Virus record (IMG/VR): IMGVR_UViG_3300032309_002624
Coordinates: 1-64,000 of that record
Source: a virus
Reading direction: 5' to 3' (one strand)
Length of the DNA stretch: 64,000 nt
The notes under the pieces were generated by a model. That model saw nothing but the letters and a program-made list of their open reading frames with translations, was not told where the DNA came from and did no database searches. The position numbers and the translations under genes were made by a program. Shown here piece after piece: positions 59,268 through 64,000 of the stretch; position 1 is the stretch's first letter; the number at the start of each line of letters is the position of its first letter.

Positions 59268-59274
59268 TATTTAT
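59268..59274 (+). promoter_or_regulatory. Putative late promoter TATTTAT for the tail sheath gene
   Basis: Motif 35 nt upstream of ATG 59310. Confidence 0.65.
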
Positions 59275-59309
59275 CAATAAAATAAATCTGCAATAGAATA
59301 ATTTAAAGA

Positions 59310-62300
59310 ATGGCAACACAAGTAAATCAAAAGGTATATGTATCACCTGGAGTATACACATCTGAAACCGACTTATCATTTGTTGCTCAGAGTGTAGGTG
59401 TAACTACATTAGGATTGGTGGGGGAAACAATTAAAGGTCCCGCATTCGAACCTATATTTATAACCAACTACGATGAGTTTCAAGCATATTTTGGGGGAAC
59501 GGAACCTACCAAATTTGTAAACACACAAATCCCTAAATATGAAGCGGCGTACATCGCCAAATCCTATCTACAACAATCCAATCAACTTTTCGTTACGAGA
59601 ATTTTGGGATTGTCAGGATATGATGCGGGTCCATCTTGGAGTATCAAGGTGATAGCAAACGTAGACCCAACAACAATTGGATTGAACCCAACATCGGGAA
59701 CTTCATGGACCGCTGTGTTTTCAGGTTCATCAACAGGTAACACGGTACAATTTATTGGAGGAGCGTTACCAACGTTTGTTCAATCAAACCTAAATACACA
59801 ATATAGATTATCTGATGGAAGTACATCAACTTACCAATTAGATTTCAATACAAATTTAGATTCTGTCATGGATGACCCATCATTATCGGCAACTACTTCA
59901 GTTGTATATGGTGCAATCCCTGAGAACGATTTTTACAATTTGACTAATGTTTACTCAAATGTAATAAATGAGTTTGGTTCAGACACAGTTAACTTAGCAA
60001 CTAACGACTTGACTTCTGATTTGAATGACCCTTGGTATTATTCTAACTTTGATATTACCACAGGAAATAATTATTCTGGTTACTCATTCTACTATGCGGT
60101 GACTAACTTAACCTCTAACGGTGATAGCTTCACAGGTACTGTATCAGGTAACTCTTACATTTTCTCAGGAACAGCTTATTCAGATTATAATAACATGGTT
60201 GTTGCAACCTTACGTTCTAGAGGTATTTCTCTTTTTGCAAATAGTGCAGATAGTGACCAACATGGTCCAATATATGAAGTAAGTGGTACATCTGATGTTC
60301 AATTAGTTTGTACTGAACAATATTCAGGAGTAACACAATCACCATTCGAATCTTTCTTGATTTCAGGTGTAACTAAAGACGGAGACAATTTCTCTTTTGA
60401 AACTTCAATGTCGGCTGCTTCATCAAAATATATCACTAAGGTATTAGGTGTTGATAACTTTGGAAAATCAAGAAATGAAGTTCCTTTGTTTGTTGAAGAA
60501 ATTTATCCAGCTAGTTTAAATTATGCTTATAACCAAGGTTATATTCGTGGCTTAAATTGTAACTTGATTGCTTTAGAAGATGCTAGAAGTGAAAATTCAC
60601 AATCTATCGCTTATAAAGTAACACAATATAAATCACCAAGTACTCCTTTCTTGGTTTCTGAATTAAGAGGTAATAAAGTTTATAACCTATTCAAGTTTAT
60701 TTCAATCTCTGACGGAGACGCAGCGAATACAGAAGTAAAAGTATCTATTTCGAATTTATCTTTCAATAACATGACATTTGATGTGTTAGTTAGAAACTTC
60801 TTTGATACAGATGCAAACCCTGTTGTTATTGAAAAATTCACTAACTGTAATATGGACCCGTTATCAAACAACTTCGTTGCGAAGAAAATTGGTTCTAGTG
60901 ATGGTGAATACGCATTAATTTCAAGATACATTATGGTTGAAATGGCTGATGAGGCTCCTATAGATGCAATCCCTTGTGGATTCTACGGATACACTCAAAG
61001 AGAGTATGAATCAGTATTGAACCCATCACCTTATATTGTATACAAAACAAAATACTACTTCCCTGGTGAAGTAATTTATAACCCACCATTCGGAGCTTCG
61101 GCAAACGCAACAGAGTCGGCTGGTGATATTGTAAGAAGAACTTATTTAGGATTTTCAAATCAATTTGGAATTGATGAGGCGTTTTTACAATATAAAGGAA
61201 CACAAAACCCTGTTAATTGGGTGTCTTCAGCGGTACCTGTTGAAGGACAAGCTTGGAACTACTTAAGTAAAGGTTTCCATATGGACTCAGGTGCTACTGT
61301 AGTTACAATCTCTAACTCTTACTTAACAAGTGGAGAAACAGCGTTTGAGTGTGGAGTTGCTGATTTCACAAGAGACCCAGAAACTCAAGAAAACCCTTAT
61401 TATTTTATTTACTCAAGAAAATATACAGTATGTTTCGCGGGCGGATTTGACGGTTGGGATATCTATAGAGAATTTAGAACAAACCAAGATAGATTCCAAT
61501 TAGGTTCTTCAGGTTATTTAGCGGGAGCTTCAGCTTCAACGAGATATCCGACAGCAACAGGAGACGGTTTATTCAAGAGAATTGTTGTTCAAAACAATAC
61601 ACAAGATTTTGCTAACACTGACTACTACGCTTACTTACTTGGTATCTTAACTTTCGCTAATCCTGAATCTACTAACATCAACGTATTTGCTACGTCAAGT
61701 ATCGATTATGTTAATAACTCAAACTTAGTTGAAGAAGCTATCGACATGATACAGTTCTCAAGAGCGGATTCGGTTTACATCGCAACAACTCCTGACTACC
61801 AAATGTTTACTCCTGATGCAACTAATCCTTTAGATATCATCTACCCACAAGAGGCGGTTGATAACTTAGATAACACAGGAATTGATTCCAACTATACAGC
61901 AACTTACTATCCATGGATTTTAACAAGAGATACTGTAAACAATACACAAATCTACTTACCACCAACAGGTGAAGTTTGTAGAAACTTAGCGTTAACAGAT
62001 AACATCGCATTCCCTTGGTTCGCATCAGCGGGTTACACAAGAGGTCTTGTAAACTCAATCAAAGCGAGAGTTAAGTTGACTCAAGAAGATAGAGATACAC
62101 TTTATCAAGGTAGAATTAACCCTATCGCAACTTTCTCAGATGTAGGAACTGTAATTTGGGGTAACAAAACGTTACAAGTTGCTGACACAGCACTTAACAG
62201 ATTGAACGTAAGAAGATTATTACTTCAAGCTCGTAAGTTAATTTCAGCGGTAGCGGTAAGATTGTTGTTTGAACAAAACGACCAAATCGTTAGACAACAA

Positions 62301-62507
62301 TTCTTGGATAGTGTTAACCCTATCTTAGATTCAATTAGAAGAGACAGAGGTTTATACGATTTCCGTGTAACAGTTTCTTCAACACCTGAAGATTTAGATA
62401 GAAACACATTAACAGGTAAGATATACTTAAAACCAACGAAGGCATTAGAATTCATCGACATCGAATTCTTCATCACTCCAACAGGAGCTTCCTTCGAAAA
62501 TATCTAA
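59310..62507 (+). CDS. gp18: Contractile tail sheath protein
   Basis: VSPGVYTSETDLS, PWFASAGYTRG, LYQGRINPI, WGNKTL, LNVRRLL, LLFEQND, KPTKALEFI. Confidence 0.95.
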   Translation: MATQVNQKVYVSPGVYTSETDLSFVAQSVGVTTLGLVGETIKGPAFEPIFITNYDEFQAYFGGTEPTKFVNTQIPKYEAAYIAKSYLQQSNQLFVTRILGLSGYDAGPSWSIKVIANVDPTTIGLNPTSGTSWTAVFSGSSTGNTVQFIGGALPTFVQSNLNTQYRLSDGSTSTYQLDFNTNLDSVMDDPSLSATTSVVYGAIPENDFYNLTNVYSNVINEFGSDTVNLATNDLTSDLNDPWYYSNFDITTGNNYSGYSFYYAVTNLTSNGDSFTGTVSGNSYIFSGTAYSDYNNMVVATLRSRGISLFANSADSDQHGPIYEVSGTSDVQLVCTEQYSGVTQSPFESFLISGVTKDGDNFSFETSMSAASSKYITKVLGVDNFGKSRNEVPLFVEEIYPASLNYAYNQGYIRGLNCNLIALEDARSENSQSIAYKVTQYKSPSTPFLVSELRGNKVYNLFKFISISDGDAANTEVKVSISNLSFNNMTFDVLVRNFFDTDANPVVIEKFTNCNMDPLSNNFVAKKIGSSDGEYALISRYIMVEMADEAPIDAIPCGFYGYTQREYESVLNPSPYIVYKTKYYFPGEVIYNPPFGASANATESAGDIVRRTYLGFSNQFGIDEAFLQYKGTQNPVNWVSSAVPVEGQAWNYLSKGFHMDSGATVVTISNSYLTSGETAFECGVADFTRDPETQENPYYFIYSRKYTVCFAGGFDGWDIYREFRTNQDRFQLGSSGYLAGASASTRYPTATGDGLFKRIVVQNNTQDFANTDYYAYLLGILTFANPESTNINVFATSSIDYVNNSNLVEEAIDMIQFSRADSVYIATTPDYQMFTPDATNPLDIIYPQEAVDNLDNTGIDSNYTATYYPWILTRDTVNNTQIYLPPTGEVCRNLALTDNIAFPWFASAGYTRGLVNSIKARVKLTQEDRDTLYQGRINPIATFSDVGTVIWGNKTLQVADTALNRLNVRRLLLQARKLISAVAVRLLFEQNDQIVRQQFLDSVNPILDSIRRDRGLYDFRVTVSSTPEDLDRNTLTGKIYLKPTKALEFIDIEFFITPTGASFENI

Positions 62508-62515
62508 TAATTAAC

Positions 62516-62539
62516 AGGGGGGATTAATTCCCCCCTTTT
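62516..62539 (+). terminator. Intrinsic terminator after the sheath gene
   Basis: AGGGGGGA-TTAAT-TCCCCCCT-TTT. Confidence 0.8.
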
Positions 62540-62544
62540 GCCAA

Positions 62545-63375
62545 ATGAGAAAAGAATTTACAGAAGGATTCAAAGGTGAAGGAACCCCAGATTTAAAATA
62601 TTATGCATTCGATTGGGATGATAATATTGTTCATATGCCGACAAAAATTATTGTTAAGGATGAGGACGGTGAAGAAGTTGGGATGTCCACAGATGATTTT
62701 GCGGAACATAGACATCAGATTGGTAAAGAACCGTTTGATTATAAAGGAAGTTCAATTGTTGGATATGCTGAAAATCCATTCAGGAATTTCAGAACGGAAG
62801 GAGATAAAGATTTCTTAATCGATGCAATGAGAGCAAAAGTTGGTCCGGCGTTTGATGACTTTAGAGAATCAATTAACAACGGTTCGATTTTTTCAATAAT
62901 CACAGCGAGGGGTCACAATCCAAACACAATAAAAGAGGCGATATACAACTATATTATAAAAGGGTTCAATGGAATAGACAAAGAACAACTGATTAAAAAT
63001 CTGAAAAAATATAGGTCGTTTGTTGGTGAAGATGAAATGAGTGACGAAGAACTTATCAAATCATATTTAGAACTGAATAAATACCACCCCGTTTCTTTCG
63101 GGGACGATAAAGGGGCAAGTAATCCCGAAGAAGCCAAGGTCCGTGCAATGGAGGATTTTGTGAGTTATATTAAAGGGATGGCTGCAGTACTAAATAAAAG
63201 AGCTTACTTAAAAAATGATATAGGTAATAATTTCATTCCAGCAAAACCATCAATAGGTTTTAGTGACGATGACCCTAAAAACATAGAAGTAATGCAAAAA
63301 CACTTTAAAAATAAACCAGATAATATTGTAAAAACTTATTCTACTGCTGGAGGCACTAAAAAGGAAGTAAAATAA
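62545..63375 (+). CDS. HAD-superfamily phosphatase-like protein
   Basis: FDWDDNI (motif I), ITARGH (II), K (III), GFSDDD..N (IV). Confidence 0.7.
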   Translation: MRKEFTEGFKGEGTPDLKYYAFDWDDNIVHMPTKIIVKDEDGEEVGMSTDDFAEHRHQIGKEPFDYKGSSIVGYAENPFRNFRTEGDKDFLIDAMRAKVGPAFDDFRESINNGSIFSIITARGHNPNTIKEAIYNYIIKGFNGIDKEQLIKNLKKYRSFVGEDEMSDEELIKSYLELNKYHPVSFGDDKGASNPEEAKVRAMEDFVSYIKGMAAVLNKRAYLKNDIGNNFIPAKPSIGFSDDDPKNIEVMQKHFKNKPDNIVKTYSTAGGTKKEVK

Positions 63376-63426
63376 GAATACCGTTTTTAAAAAAATAAGT
63401 AAATAGAAATATTTTTGAAACGGATA

Positions 63427-63433
63427 TATTTAT
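63427..63433 (+). promoter_or_regulatory. Putative late promoter TATTTAT for the tail tube gene
   Basis: Motif 32 nt upstream of ATG 63466. Confidence 0.65.
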
Positions 63434-63465
63434 CGTTATAAACATAGAAACAAAATTTAAATAAT

Positions 63466-63954
63466 ATGGCTGATTTACTGATGAAAATGCCGATTCCTTA
63501 CGAACCGAAACGTCAAAACCGTTTTATCCTAAGGTTTCCATCAAGTTTAGGTATTAATGAGTGGTTCGTAGAATCTACGGCAAGACCACACATAACAATT
63601 ACCCCAACAGAAATACCATTCTTGAACACTTCAACATTCGTTGCAGGTAGATTCAACTGGCAAACAATTAACGTAACGTTCAGAGACCCAATTGGACCTT
63701 CTGCCGCACAGGCTCTTATGGAGTGGGTGCGTTTACACGCTGAATCAGTGACAGGTCGTATGGGATATGCTGCGGGTTACAAAAAAGATGTGGACCTCGA
63801 GATGTTGGACCCAACAGGTGTTGTTGTTGAAAAGTGGATTATGTATGGTACATTCTTAACAGATGTTAACTTTAACCAATTGGCGTACAACCAAGACGCA
63901 TTGGCAACAATTGCAGCGACTTTGAGAATGGATAGATGTGTGTTAGTGTACTAA
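63466..63954 (+). CDS. gp19: Tail tube protein
   Basis: EPKRQNRF, AGRFNWQTINVTFRD, YKKD..LEMLDPTG.VVEKW; follows the sheath gene. Confidence 0.88.
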   Translation: MADLLMKMPIPYEPKRQNRFILRFPSSLGINEWFVESTARPHITITPTEIPFLNTSTFVAGRFNWQTINVTFRDPIGPSAAQALMEWVRLHAESVTGRMGYAAGYKKDVDLEMLDPTGVVVEKWIMYGTFLTDVNFNQLAYNQDALATIAATLRMDRCVLVY

Positions 63955-64000
63955 TACTATTTATAAAAAATTAATTACAATTATATTTAACCGTAAAGCA

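Noticed and set aside
1004-63137. Other 60-130 aa ORFs nested within or antisense to long genes
   Set aside because: Fully overlapped by well-supported CDSs and lacking recognisable motifs.
1-64000. Stop-codon reassignment, introns or inteins
   Set aside because: Conserved genes (polB, sheath, helicase, capsid C-terminus) are uninterrupted in the standard code at normal density, and no intein motifs were seen.

Overview
A gene-dense, AT-rich 64-kb segment of a large T4-like myovirus (jumbo-phage type) genome in the standard genetic code; no tRNA, rRNA, CRISPR or IS element was seen. It carries virion genes (major capsid protein truncated at the window start, gp13/gp14/gp15-like neck and terminator, gp5-like hub, tail sheath, tail tube), a gp55-like late sigma factor, family B DNA polymerase, SNF2 helicase, PhoH, NadE, dUTPase, SOD and a SET-domain protein. 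Perfect TAnnTTTG promoters, A-rich starts lacking Shine-Dalgarno sites and a Q-rule signal peptide point to a Bacteroidota host. The dominant feature is a large soluble glycosylation toolkit of about 15 glycosyltransferase-like genes, 4 methyltransferases and nucleotide-sugar enzymes in two clusters (12.9-35.0 kb and 44.1-48.6 kb). The second cluster starts with a GT60-type polypeptide HexNAc transferase and directly follows four late genes with mucin-like Thr-Pro tracts. Virion proteins are also strongly enriched in an [S/T]-G-x-T motif. Together these suggest a phage-encoded mucin-type virion O-glycosylation system (best candidate for a new system; inference). Also found: a TATTTAT late-promoter motif at 16 sites, start-codon-sequestering hairpins over several of them, an unannotated ribbon-helix-helix gene, two structured 5' leaders and an SOD-nuclease fusion. 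All family calls come from motif recognition by eye; no database search was run.
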